Shown in pieces: positions 1 to 13,337 of a DNA stretch of 64,000 bases. The stretch is from Eledone cirrhosa (Eukaryota), in NCBI GenBank assembly GCA_964016885.1, contig OZ024750.1, forward strand, positions 16,430,001 to 16,494,000, given 5' to 3'. The notes beneath the pieces are model-generated. The model searched no databases. It was given only the letters and a program-made list of their open reading frames with translations, and had not been told where the DNA came from. Position numbers and translations under genes: made by a program. How positions within the stretch are numbered: position 1 is the first letter of the stretch; every line of letters starts with the position of its first letter.

Positions 1-269
1 GCCATATTGGATTACTTCCTCTTGTACTTTATTTTATTTCATTTTTATTTTAGGATCTTTTCCTTTCTTTGTATTCATTTATTCTTTCAATCTTTTATTA
101 TTTTATTCTTTTATACTGTTAATTCTATGTTCTATTTCCCCTACCCTTAATTTTTCACCTAGATTTTATGTTTATGATACCCCCTAAAATTTTGCCATTT
201 ATTTATTTATCTGCTGCCGTGGTTAGTCATTTCCTTTCAGGCTTTAGATTAACAAAAAAATTGCAGTGA

Positions 270-289
270 TTACGTCATAGATGACGTCA
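270..289. promoter_or_regulatory. Pair of CRE/ATF-like sites (TTACGTCA, TGACGTCA)
   Basis: TTACGTCA at 270-277 and palindromic TGACGTCA at 282-289 in CpG-poor AT-rich DNA; function not shown. Confidence 0.3.
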
Positions 290-353
290 CGGCTCCAGTT
301 TTAACGATAAAGAGTTTTATTTTTTATTTTCAATTTTTTATATTAATTCCCTT

Positions 354-2371
<2,018 letters not shown>

Positions 2372-2571
2372 CTCACCATACTTTGGAAGACGAGAAATTC
2401 TATTGAACAGCAAGATATAACGAATACAGTTAAAAAAATTGACAAAAAGAAATAGAAATTTAAAAAAATTAAGATAGATGGGGGGGGGGGGATTAGTCAA
2501 CAGAAATGTAAATTAGGATTGCTGTAAATATTGCTGACTCAAAGAATCGGTTTAAAAATATAAATATATAG

Positions 2572-2660
2572 TAAGAAAACAAACAAGAACGAAATTTATC
2601 ATTTGAATGTTGAAATTATTTAATTTCAAATGATAAATTTCGTTCTTGTTTGTTTTCTTA
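2572..2660. repeat. Perfect 36-bp inverted repeat with 17-nt spacer
   Basis: taagaaaacaaacaagaacgaaatttatcatttgaa (2572-2607) is the exact reverse complement of 2625-2660. Confidence 0.9.
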
Positions 2661-2939
2661 TTTATCTGGTAATTCATTGTTGAATGTACTGGATCTCCGT
2701 CGTTTTTTACCATGAATGTTCCAGTTGTTCGATTAACAGAACTGTTGTGCTACACATTCGTAGGTTGAATGTCTTGGTGTAGAACGAACTTATGGTGGAG
2801 CGGGAGCATTAGGGAGAAGGGAGACAGGACAAAAAGTAGCACCGGTTGAGAACTGAATTAGGATGGCTTTGAAAATCTGAGGCTTGCAAACAGAACAACC
2901 AGTTTGTGAAATTAATTTGAAAATAGTTGAGCATACATG

Positions 2940-3330
2940 GAAACTCCGACGTCTGGTAACTGACTTGGTAAACACCCACAAAATTATTAACCCTCTTGCC
3001 AGCAACAACCCTGAGCACCTTTTTGAATTCCATGTGTCTAGCACCTGTCGGCATGCCTACAAAGTCCGAAAAATAACACAGTTCCCATGACTTTCGGAAA
3101 CAATTTTTCACGCTCAGAGATGCTGAAGCATGGAACAAACTACCTGCATCTGTAGTTAACTGTTGAGACACTGCATCCTTCAAAACTTCCATGCTTCCCG
3201 AAATTCGCGCACACTACACATGATATCCTCCCTCCATACACGTGCAAACATGTATCTGTGTGTATATCATGACTCGTACACTGTTCACTTTCCTGACATT
3301 TCTACATTATTCTATGTACTCTACATACAT
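2940..3330 (+). mobile_element. CR1/L2-type LINE 3' fragment
   Basis: Translates with frameshifts to KLRRLVTDLVNTHKIIN...HAYKVRK...DFRKQFFTLRDAEAWNKLPASVVNC.DTASFKT, the typical CR1-clade ORF2 C-terminus. Confidence 0.75.
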
Positions 3331-3332
3331 CT

Positions 3333-3640
3333 TTGTCCAAATATCGGCCGCTCTCTGGTAGGTTTGTGGTAGAGCCTGTTGCAGTGGAGACTTCTGGCGT
3401 TCTTGGGCCCAAGACTACATTTCTACTCACTGCTATCAGAGTGGAGCTGTCCGCCTGCAGGTGCGAGCCCCGTGAGGTGGAGTTGTTGTTCCAACGCGTT
3501 TCCCTCACTGTCCTCCGGGACAATATATACTTCATCCTGTCGGCCGGGAACCAGAAGCGGAGGGTAAGTGAGTTTGAAATGGAGGATACTCGTTCGGACG
3601 TCACTTTCTCTCTCTTCCTATATGTTAGAATAGCTTGAAT
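3333..3640 (+). mobile_element. CRE-clade non-LTR retrotransposon 3' fragment (RLE endonuclease end)
   Basis: KYRPLSGRFVVEPVAVETSGVLGP...EPREVELLFQRVSLTVLRDN matches the P.AVET.G..G / FQR.S..V.RGN motif. Confidence 0.7.
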
Positions 3641-4296
3641 CAATGGTTTAATAACCTAATTTGATATATGTAATTTGATACATGTACTTGATACATGTAT
3701 TTGATTAAACTTATGTTTAAGCTAAAAATTTGCAAATATAATTATTACAAATTAAAATAGATAGAAAATGAAATAAATAAAATAAAATAAAAATAAATTT
3801 ATTTTTTAAAAATAGCCTCTTTTATATGCACTTTTGAAATATAATGATTTATAACAGAGGTGCAAAGAATCAGATTTCGTGGCTGGGAGCAGGCGAGTTT
3901 TATAATCGATTATATTGATCTAGTACTTCACACTGAGACTTCTTTCATATCAATCCCCGGGAGGATGAAAGGTAAAGTGTGATCCTGGTGGTGAGGTGTG
4001 AAACCAGAGCTTAAGGGTACGTCATTCGAATGCCGCATAGCATTCTGTCACTCTTCTGATTCTACCAACCCTCCGACCCACTCACGTAGACACACTCACA
4101 CATGTACACATAAATACACATACACAAACGTACACACACAACCACTACATAGCCCCATCCCAGAAAGACACAGATTCCTTCTGGAGAAAAATATGGGGTG
4201 AAGAGAAGACATTCAACCAAGAGACAGTGGGGCTAAAAGAGACCCACAAGAACTGCTGCCCCCTACACTACAACAAAAATATACAGCATAAATAAT

Positions 4297-4649
4297 TTTC
4301 TACTTTTGGCACAATGCCAGCAATTACCCAGTACATTACTGGTACTTTATTTTATCGACCCCGTAAGGATGAAAGGCAAAATTGACCTCGGCGGGATTTG
4401 AACTCAGAATGGAAAGGGCCATACAGCATAAATAATGATTTCTAGTATAAGCACAAGGCCAGTAATTTGGGGGGAGGGGAAAGTTGATTAAATCGACCCC
4501 AGTACGTTACTGGTACTTTTATTTTATCGACCCCGTAAGGATGAAAGGCAAAGTTAACCTCGGCGGGATTTGAATTCAGACTGTAAAGAGACATAACTCT
4601 ATGCTGGAAAGCATGGCGTTCAATAATAATAATGATTTCTAGTATTTCC

Positions 4650-4693
<44 letters not shown>

Positions 4694-4912
4694 GGGTTTC
4701 TTATATGGGCACAAGGCCAGCAATTTTGGGGAGAGGGTAAAGTCGATTATATTGAACCCAGTGCGTGACTGGTACTTTATTTTATCGGCCCCCGTTAGGA
4801 GTGAAGGCAAAGTTAATCTCGGCGGGATTTTAACTCAGACCGTAAAGGGCCGTAACTCTATGCTGCAAAGCATGGTGTCCGACTCTCTACCGATACTGCT
4901 AATCCACCACCC
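4297..4912 (-). mobile_element. Three tandem copies of tRNA-derived SINE family A (Meta-domain-like)
   Basis: Shared core actggtactttattttatcgaccccgtaaggatgaaaggcaaagttaacctcggcgggatttgaactc; reverse complement carries B-box GAGTTCAAATCC (family A-box TGGCAGTATCGG). Confidence 0.85.
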
Positions 4913-5063
4913 TGTATAACAGCATAACTAATGATACTTTTGAGACTGTGATAGGAAAACTCCAAGATAAGAAAATATCAGGAAGGGACTTGGTTGTCGG
5001 CTACTGGTACAAAAAAAAAAAAAACTGACATTCTATCAGATGTATTTTAACAACCTTTACCAC

Positions 5064-5577
5064 CAAGCTCTCAAGGGAGAGGCACATATACCAGGGTGGT
5101 TGACATTAGCACAAACAATATTGCTCCTCAAGAACTAAGATACCCACAGCAAGCTCTCAAGGGAGAGGCACATATACCAGGGTGGTTGACATTAGCACAA
5201 ACAATATTGCTCCTCAAGAACTAAGATACCCACAGCAAGCTCTCAAGGGAGAGGCACATAGACCAGGGTGGTTGACATTAGCACAAACAATATTGCTCCT
5301 CAAGAACTAAGATACCCACAGCAAGCTCTCAAGGGAGAGGCACATAGACCAGGGTGGTTGACATTAGCACAAACAATATTGCTCCTCAAGAACTAAGATA
5401 CCCACAGCAAGCTCTCAAGGGAGAGGTACATATACCAGGGTGGTTGACATTAGCACAAACAATATTGCTCCTCAAGAACTAAGATACCCACAGCAAGCTC
5501 TCAAGGGAGAGGCACATATACCAGGGTGGTTGACATTAGCACAAACAATATTGCTCCTCAAGAACTAAGATACCCAC
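5064..5577 (+). repeat. 86-bp minisatellite, about 6 near-identical copies, derived from LINE RT sequence
   Basis: caagctctcaagggagaggcacata... recurs at 5064, 5150, 5236, 5322, 5408, 5494. Confidence 0.95.
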
Positions 5578-5895
5578 TTGGCAAAATACTACTGACCCTT
5601 TGCATAACAGAACCTAATGTATAAAATATATACAGCTATTATCATTGTAAGTCCAACATTCTTATTACTAAGCCACACACTATGATAATAAAAAAAAAAA
5701 AAACCCCATAAGAACAGCAACCATTCAAGATGTACTTTTACTGTTATCTCTGCTGCCATTACAAACGTGGCATGGAGAAATGTCAGGTTTTAACTTTCAC
5801 ACGGATTTTACAAATTAGAATACTCCATTTTGTTACGTAATGTCCAGATAGTGTAGGGGGAGGGGAGGAGGGCATAGGGGATGTACGGTGAAGGA

Positions 5896-5936
<41 letters not shown>

Positions 5937-6362
5937 GTAGTAGGAGGAGGAGGAGGAGGAGGAGGAGGAGGAGATGAAGAAGGAGGAGGAGGAGGAGGAG
6001 GAGGATGAGAAGAAGAAGAAGAAGAAGAAGAAGGAGGAGGAGGAGGAGGAGAAGAAGAAGAAGGAGAAGAAGAAGGAGGAGGAGGAGGAGGAGAAGAAGA
6101 AGAAGAAGAAGAAGAAGAAGAAGAAGAAGAAGAAGAAGAAGGAGGAGGAGAAAAAGAAGATGACAAAGGAGGAGGAGGAGGAGGAGAAGGAAGAGAAGAA
6201 GAAGACAAAGAAGATAATGATGATGATGGTGGTGGCTATAGTCGTAATGTTGATGATGGTAATGAAAATATTCAGTAGTAGTAGTAGCAGTAGCAGCAGC
6301 AGTAACAGCAATAGTAGTAGTAGTAGTAGTAGCAGTAGCAGTAGCAGCAGCAGTAGCAGCAA

Positions 6363-6410
<48 letters not shown>

Positions 6411-6435
6411 CAGCAATAGTAGTAGTAGTAGTAGT
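5896..6435. repeat. Compound trinucleotide microsatellite (TAG/GGA/GAA/GAT/AGT/AGC)
   Basis: Directly visible. Confidence 0.95.
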
Positions 6436-6440
6436 GAAAC

Positions 6441-6515
6441 CTCAGTGATTTCCAGAGGAGAAGGAACTGTTCGTCTTTCCGTTGTTTTCTCCAATGTCTT
6501 TGATCTGTGTGCTCC
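6441..6515 (-). other. Candidate 75-nt exon of an unidentified minus-strand transcript
   Basis: aaaatag|GGAGCACAC...ACTGAG|gtttca; open as GAHRSKTLEKTTERRTVPSPLEITE; no recognised homology, weak splice sites. Confidence 0.3.
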
Positions 6516-6706
6516 CTATTTTGAATTTATATTCTAAAGACTTAGTCATGCAGGCTTTTTTTTTTTAACTATCTAATAATAGACATTACACCGCCCAGCC
6601 TCTTATCCTATATTCTCCTTTCTTACCTTTTCTATGCCTCGGAGTCCTTCTTTGTCTGTTTTACCATTTCTCTCCTTTCTATATTTGGTAACAGTAGCTG
6701 GCAGAG

Positions 6707-7560
6707 ACTCGACCTGACAATAGTAAAATCTGTTTCATAGTCGGGTGGTCGACGACTAAACAGGCTCCCTCACTAGACCCTGCTCTGGCGAGGAAGGTAA
6801 ATGGAAACCCAACAGCACAAAAGCAAGAGCTGTAAAGGGTGGATAAACTCCACAGTGTAAACGGCCGTCTACCTTCACTATAGGTTAAACAGCCTCACCA
6901 ACCTACAATTGGCCAAGCATGGTGAGTACGGCCAAATCCCCTGGAGAGGTTAAACTACATGGCATCAAAACGTGCGATCCTTGTGACTGTCCTGTTATCT
7001 TACCTTAGCTTGTCACTGGACACATAGCTGCAAGGACGTAGTAGGTGTTATGTGTGTAGTACAAGCATGTAGCATTGCCATCTTTATGTGCAGATGTTTC
7101 TTCACAAATCCCATAACAACGGGGGAGTATGGCAATGTATGCAGACTCGACCAGTTGGAATCACATCGTCACAAATCTACATGTGGGTGGCTCGAGTCTT
7201 ATCCTAACGTCGCTGCACTCTTAACATCAACATGTTGGGGCAGAGACTTGAGTGTCTGAGCAGCCCCCTTTTGGGGATGCACTGTTCACCCATACCACAT
7301 GGGAAGGATCTAGAAAAGGTGACTTAAACGAGGCAAATCGAACTGAGAGTCCCCGAGGGCCAAATGGATCACATATATGTTGTCTGAGGACCACACACGA
7401 CAACAAATTGCGCACATTACAACTAATTTTTTTAATTTTATATTACGAAGATAAAACATGCTCGCGCTGTAAAACCCTTTGTGCGGGCCACATGTGTGCA
7501 TGCCTGGCCTAAACAAAGCCTGTTCAGTCATCAAACTGGTCAGCAGCCTGCAGTTGGCTG
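6707..7560 (+). mobile_element. Probable RTE-like LINE 5' region beginning with a degenerate HDV-like ribozyme fold
   Basis: GC-richer block; gaggaaggtaaatggaaaccc resembles an RTE 5' UTR motif; P1/P2/J4-2 pattern at 6707-6763. Confidence 0.35.
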
Positions 7561-7572
7561 TGTTTCATAATT

Positions 7573-7743
7573 GTTTCTACTTTTGGCACAAGGCCAGCAA
7601 TTATCCCAGTGTATTACTGGTACTTTATTTTATCGACCCCTTAAGGATGAAAGGCAAAGTTAACCTCGGCGGAATTTGAACTCAGTCCGTAAAGGGACCT
7701 AACTGTGCTGCAAAGCATGGCGTCCGACTCTCTACCGATACTG
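7573..7743 (-). mobile_element. SINE family A copy
   Basis: Same core as 4297-4912. Confidence 0.85.
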
Positions 7744-7791
7744 GGAATTTGTTGAAGAGATTGTCCTCTTCTGTAAAGAAGTGACAGTTAT

Positions 7792-7848
<57 letters not shown>

Positions 7849-8021
7849 ATGTGTGTGTGTGTTATGTATGTAACTACAGTTACAGGTGGCGCGGCGTTTG
7901 AAGTACTCAATGCTGTTACGCGGTCCGTCTCGTGTTGGGCTGTATATATTTATCATTATCATTATATATATATACATACATATATATATATACATATATA
8001 TATATACATATATATATATAC

Positions 8022-8099
<78 letters not shown>

Positions 8100-8569
8100 C
8101 ACATCGTTCAATAAAGCAACATCACAAAATGTCATTCTTATTTTTTTAGTCTTTCTCTTTTTTTTTTTCTGTGTCGTCTTCTTCTTCTTCTTTTTCTTCT
8201 TCTTCTTCTTCTTCTTCTAAGAAGAAGAAAATTAAATTACAACAGCAGCAAAAATAACTACATCAACAACAACAACAATAACAAATGCAAGAGCAACAGC
8301 AACAACAACAACAACAACAACAACAAACGTGGAAGGATTATCAGACAAACAAAACGTTATTAGAGGTTACCGCGTGAAGCTGAAGAGCACTCCAAGTCTC
8401 CAGGTTGTAAAAGAATTGCCATGCAGAGTAAACAAAAGAAATAGGAATCTATCTGTTAGTGTAGTAAGTGGTTAGCTGAAGAGCAACAAATTGTCATGAA
8501 ACCTATGTTAGTGTAAGATATAGTCTTGGGTGGGAGGAAGCAAAGAATTCTTCATTCTTAACCTCATTT

Positions 8570-8617
8570 TTATCTACCAACTACTACTGCAGTTGTTGTT
8601 GCTGTTGTTGTTGTTGC

Positions 8618-8669
<52 letters not shown>

Positions 8670-8707
8670 GCTGTTGTTTTTATTGTTGTTACTACTGCAG
8701 TTGTTGC

Positions 8708-8759
<52 letters not shown>

Positions 8760-9270
8760 GCTGTTGTTGTTATTGTTGTTGTTGTTGTTACTGATGTTGT
8801 TGTTGTTGTTGTTGTTGCTGTTGTTGTTATTGTTGTTACTACTGCAGTTGTTGCTGTTGCAGTTGTTGACGTTGTTGCTGTTGTTGTTGCTGTTGTTGCT
8901 GTTGTTGCTGATGTTGTTATTGTTGTTGCTGATGTTGCTGCTGCTGCTACTGCTGCTGCTGTGGTCGCTGATGTTGCTGATGTTGCTGCTGCCATTGTTG
9001 TTGTTGTTGGTGCTATTACTCTTGATGCCATTGTTGTTGATGCTACTGCTATTGTTGCTGCTTCTACTTCTACTGCTGCTGATGATGATGATGATGATGA
9101 TGATGACGATGATGATGATGATGATGATGACGATGACGATGATGACGATGACGATGATGACGATGATGATGATGACGATGGTGGTGACGACGATGATGAT
9201 ATTGTTTTTTTCTCTAAAATACTTTCTGTTGGAGAGTATTTCTCGGTAATCGTTTGCAGATGGTTTAATA
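8570..9270 (-). other. Thr/Ala/Ser-rich low-complexity ORF segment; candidate exon or triplet microsatellite
   Basis: gaag|TATTAAAC.. reads LNHLQTITEKYSPTESILEKKTISSSS...AAVEVEAATIAVASTTMASRVIAPTTTT...; mostly (GTT)n/(GAT)n repeats. Confidence 0.3.
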
Positions 9271-9659
9271 CTTCATACAAACACACATACACACACACAT
9301 ACACAAAGACACACACACACACAAAGACACACACACACACACATACACAAAGACACACACACACACATACACAAAGACACACACACACACATATATATAA
9401 ACAAACATATACACAAACACACACATACACAAACACACACACACACAAACACACACATGCACAAACACACTCACCCATACACAAAGACACACACACAAAT
9501 ATATGTACATGCATCTGTGAGTATATATAAATAAATAAATACATTTATATGTGTGTGTGCATGTCTTGGTATGTGTGTGTGTATGAGTGTATGCTAATAC
9601 GAACTCACTACCTTACACACAGTGTATTTTTCTTGTTACATAAGTGTATCTATATAGAG

Positions 9660-9698
<39 letters not shown>

Positions 9699-9954
9699 TT
9701 TGTGTGTTTGTGTGTGTTTGTGTGTGTGTGTGCACGTGTGTGTGTGTGTGCACGCGTGTGTGTGTGTGCTGTGACAAAAATTTCAAATAAAAGAAAAAAT
9801 ACAAAGCTAAAGTATATTATCATATATATATCTTCAACACAGTTGCATGCTACCTGAGGTTTCAAAGCTTACTCTAGCATAGATCTTAGAAACAGTATAT
9901 CTGCTAGTGTTGCTTATCTTTCAGGCAATACCAAGTCAGCCATCTTGATATTAC

Positions 9955-10025
9955 CTGAGGTTGATAGAAGATGTACAGATCCATTACTTAAGTTGATTCT
10001 TCTTCTATGTCACTTTTTCACAACT
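9955..10025 (-). other. Candidate 71-nt exon (non-coding if the strong acceptor is used)
   Basis: ttttttttttccag|AGTTGTG...CCTCAG|gtaata, near-consensus splice sites; stops in all three frames. Confidence 0.35.
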
Positions 10026-10070
10026 CTGGAAAAAAAAACAGTTGGTTTCTGACCTGGAGAGTAGATATCC

Positions 10071-10157
<87 letters not shown>

Positions 10158-10159
10158 GT

Positions 10160-10355
10160 ATAGATATATAGATAGATAGACAGATAGATATATTTCTTTA
10201 TTAGCCACAGGGGCACAAAAGAAGGGGACACATACAAAGGGGGAAGTTTACATACAATAAAAACGTGTAAAATGTTATCATAGATGGAATTTAAAAAGTT
10301 AGTCGACTTTCCCCAATAGAGGGAGACAGTTTATATGGGTAACACATAGATAGAC

Positions 10356-10398
<43 letters not shown>

Positions 10399-10715
10399 CA
10401 GATAGATAGATAGATAGATAGATAGATTTCTTTATTAGCCACAAGGGCGCAACAAGAAAGGGGACAATACAAAGACATGCCGGGGATTTTACATACAGTC
10501 GTGTAAAAAATATAAAAACAAACAATTTCAACAATCGAAATCCCCAATAGGGGGGAGGCGCCACAAATGGGTTGTTTAATACCCCGTCGATAGAACAACC
10601 CTCAACTCAAGGAGCGTGTTGTGCAAGTGCTCCTTTCTTCCTTTTGCTCTCTTCCTCAACCTACAGGCTTATAAACAGAGAAGGCCCAATCACTCGGGCC
10701 ATTTTCGCTTCATTC

Positions 10716-10762
<47 letters not shown>
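10160..10762 (-). mobile_element. Two related LINE-like 3' ends embedded in (GATA)n arrays
   Basis: atttctttattagccaca...aagaa.gggaca occurs twice (about 10192, 10425); AATAAA on - strand abuts (CTAT)n. Confidence 0.55.
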
Positions 10763-11282
10763 TAGTTGAAACAGGTGTGTGAGTAAAAATTAAAGGGAAA
10801 GAAATCAGTGGGAGGGACATGACAAGGGGGGGGGGAAGAGGAAGAGAAGGATGGATAGGAAAAAGTGAAGGGGAGGGGGAGATGAGAAGGAGAAGAAATA
10901 GAAAAATGTGCAAAGCAGAGGAGGAGGCGGAGGAGAAGGAGAAGGGGGGGGGGGGGGGGTATTAATTCAAAAGTGAATTCTGATGAATAATGATGGAGAG
11001 AGAAATTTATTGAAAAAATAATTGGAATTGTAAAGATAATAAAAGATGGGAGAAGAAGAAGAAGAAGAAGAAGAAGAAGAAGAAGAAGAAGATCATCATG
11101 ATGATGATGAGGTGAGGGTAGAGTGGGGCAGGGCAATTATACCCCATGTACCTGCATATCCTGCCTACTTTCCTCCTCCATTCTATTCTATGCACTCTTA
11201 GAATTCCTATTAAAGTTGAATCACTTTAAATGTTGCTTCATTCTAAGGCACCATACTCCTGTATAATCACTATTGAAATGAG

Positions 11283-11520
11283 TCAGAGTGGAGTAGCCTT
11301 AATGATGTTGTTGTTGTTGTTGTTGTTGTTGGTAGTGGTGGCGGTGCTGCTTCTGGTAGAGAAACTCTCCGGTGTTGATGTTGGTGGTGGTGCTGGTGCT
11401 GGTGTTGTTGTTGGGAAAAAGGAATTTATCTTCAAACCAGAAACTTGAACAGGTGGTGCTGTTAAACTGGATGATGGATCAACCCTTTTGACAGAAAATT
11501 GCCTGAAACCACCTTTGGTT
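11283..11520 (-). CDS. Candidate coding exon of an unidentified gene (Pro/Thr/Ser/Asn-rich)
   Basis: tttttatcatag|A ACC AAA GGT... reads TKGGFRQFSVKRVDPSSSLTAPPVQVSGLKINSFFPTTTPAPAPPPTSTPESFSTRSSTATTTNNNNNNNNIIKATPL*; no recognised family. Confidence 0.35.
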
Positions 11521-11753
11521 CTATGATAAAAAGTTGTATATTTTCAAAATATTTATATTTATCTAAACATTTTCTATCATAATTCTATGTAAGAGCCTTT
11601 GTTAAATCATGTTCCAAACACCAGCTTAATAATGAGCCAATGATCAAATCAAACCAAGAAAACTATACAGTATAACCATTGCTGATACTATCTGTCAAGC
11701 ACAACTCTTGGCAGAAGAGGCAAGGTGAAATAAAGTATCATATTTGACAGCTT

Positions 11754-11969
11754 TTAACCCTTTAGCATTTAAACCAGCTGTATCTGGCCAGAATTCTCTC
11801 ATCTCTTTCTTTTCAAACTGGCTGTAACCAGCCACTCATACTGATGTTAAGGTATTGTTCTCAAAATAAATAATATCAAAATCTCATTGATTCCATATTA
11901 TGTGAGGTAAAGCCTTTACTGGGAAAATATAATAGTATATATACAGTAATATAAATACTAAAGAGTTAA
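11754..11969. mobile_element. TTAA-flanked MITE (piggyBac-type), about 215 bp
   Basis: TTAA|CCCTTTAGCATTTA ... TAAATACTAAAGAG|TTAA; family recurs about 10 times in the window. Confidence 0.85.
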
Positions 11970-12782
11970 GACAAACTTCAATTTGGGTAGGCATTTAAAA
12001 AGTAAATAAGTAAGTTTAAACTACAAAATTTATTAAAATTGTAGCTTTTTTTTATTCATGTTCAAATCCTACAAAATCATGTAGAAACGATTGCCACCTT
12101 GTTTACACTTGTGGAGGTGTTTGCAGTTTAATTTAAGGGAGACTGCAGCACTAGAACTCAACTGTAACCCAAACTGACCCTTGACCTTATAAGATGCAGA
12201 GTGATTTTAAGCGAGATTTTTTTGAAAAAAAGGTGCATCTTATAAGCCATCAAATACAGTATGCTGTCTGATCCCAGAATACAATGTACTGTCTGATCCA
12301 AGATTTGAAACCACAACCTTGAGTATAATACCCTAACCACTGTTATATTACTACATCCTTTGAAATTCTTGCTTATTTTCAAAATTATTTGAAAAACCTA
12401 GGCAGTGTCCTTTCTTTCCTTAGAAATATGGAAATGAAAATGTTAATTCCACCCACTACCTCCCTAAAACGTAGAACACAAAGTGCCACAACAAATGTTG
12501 CCCCAACACATCTCATCAGATGCTTTTACAATTCTGCCAATTCATCACAATGAACTGGAATTTTATTTTATCAACCCTTGACAGGATGTAATGCAAAGTT
12601 GACTTCAATGGGTTTTAAACTAGAAAAACAAGAAGCTTATTTCAGTGTATTTCCCTCATTAGAGTCACTGGGTGTATTGCTTCTAAAATTAACTGTTATT
12701 CTGCAGTTTGCAAACCCATACAAACACAGACATTTGGTGCAAATTGATATTGCCAACATAAATGAGAAATTGATAATTATTT

Positions 12783-13306
12783 TATCATTATCATCACCAT
12801 CATCATCATCATTATCACCACCTCCACAACACCATCATCATCATCAATATCGCCACCTCCACCTACACTATCATCATCATCATCATCAATATCGCCACCT
12901 CCACCAACACTATCATCAATATCACCACCTCCACCAACACTATCACCATCATCATCAACATCATCAATATCACCACCTCCACAACACTATCATCACCATC
13001 ATCATCATCAATATCACCACCTCCACCAACACTATCATCATCATCATCAACATCATCAATATCACCACCTCCACAACACTATCATCACCATCATCATCAT
13101 CAATATCACCACCTCCACCAACACTATCATCATCATCATCATCATCATCATTATCGCCACCTCCACAACACTATCATCATCAACATCATCAATATCGCCA
13201 CCTCCACCAACACTATCATCATCATCATCATCATCATCATTATCGCCACCTCCACAACACTATCATCACCATCATCATCATCAATATCACCCCCTCCACC
13301 AACACT

Positions 13307-13337
<31 letters not shown>

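Larger units (their letters stand above)
4140..5730 (+). mobile_element. R4/Dong-like LINE reverse transcriptase fragment, interrupted by SINEs and a tandem amplification
   Basis: DSFWRKIWGEEKTFNQE (about 4170-4222), KISGRDLVVGYWYKK (about 4972-5016), PGWLTLAQTILLLKN*DTHLAKYY*PFA*QNLMYKIYT (5521-5634); in-frame stops. Confidence 0.75.

Noticed and set aside
8219-8363. Plus-strand terminal exon RRKLNYNSSKNN...KRY*
   Set aside because: Acceptor derives from a (CTT)n microsatellite, mostly AAC repeats, no upstream exon or homology
8476-8520. CTGAAGAG...GAAAC hammerhead-like spacing
   Set aside because: No stem I complementarity and a poor stem II/III
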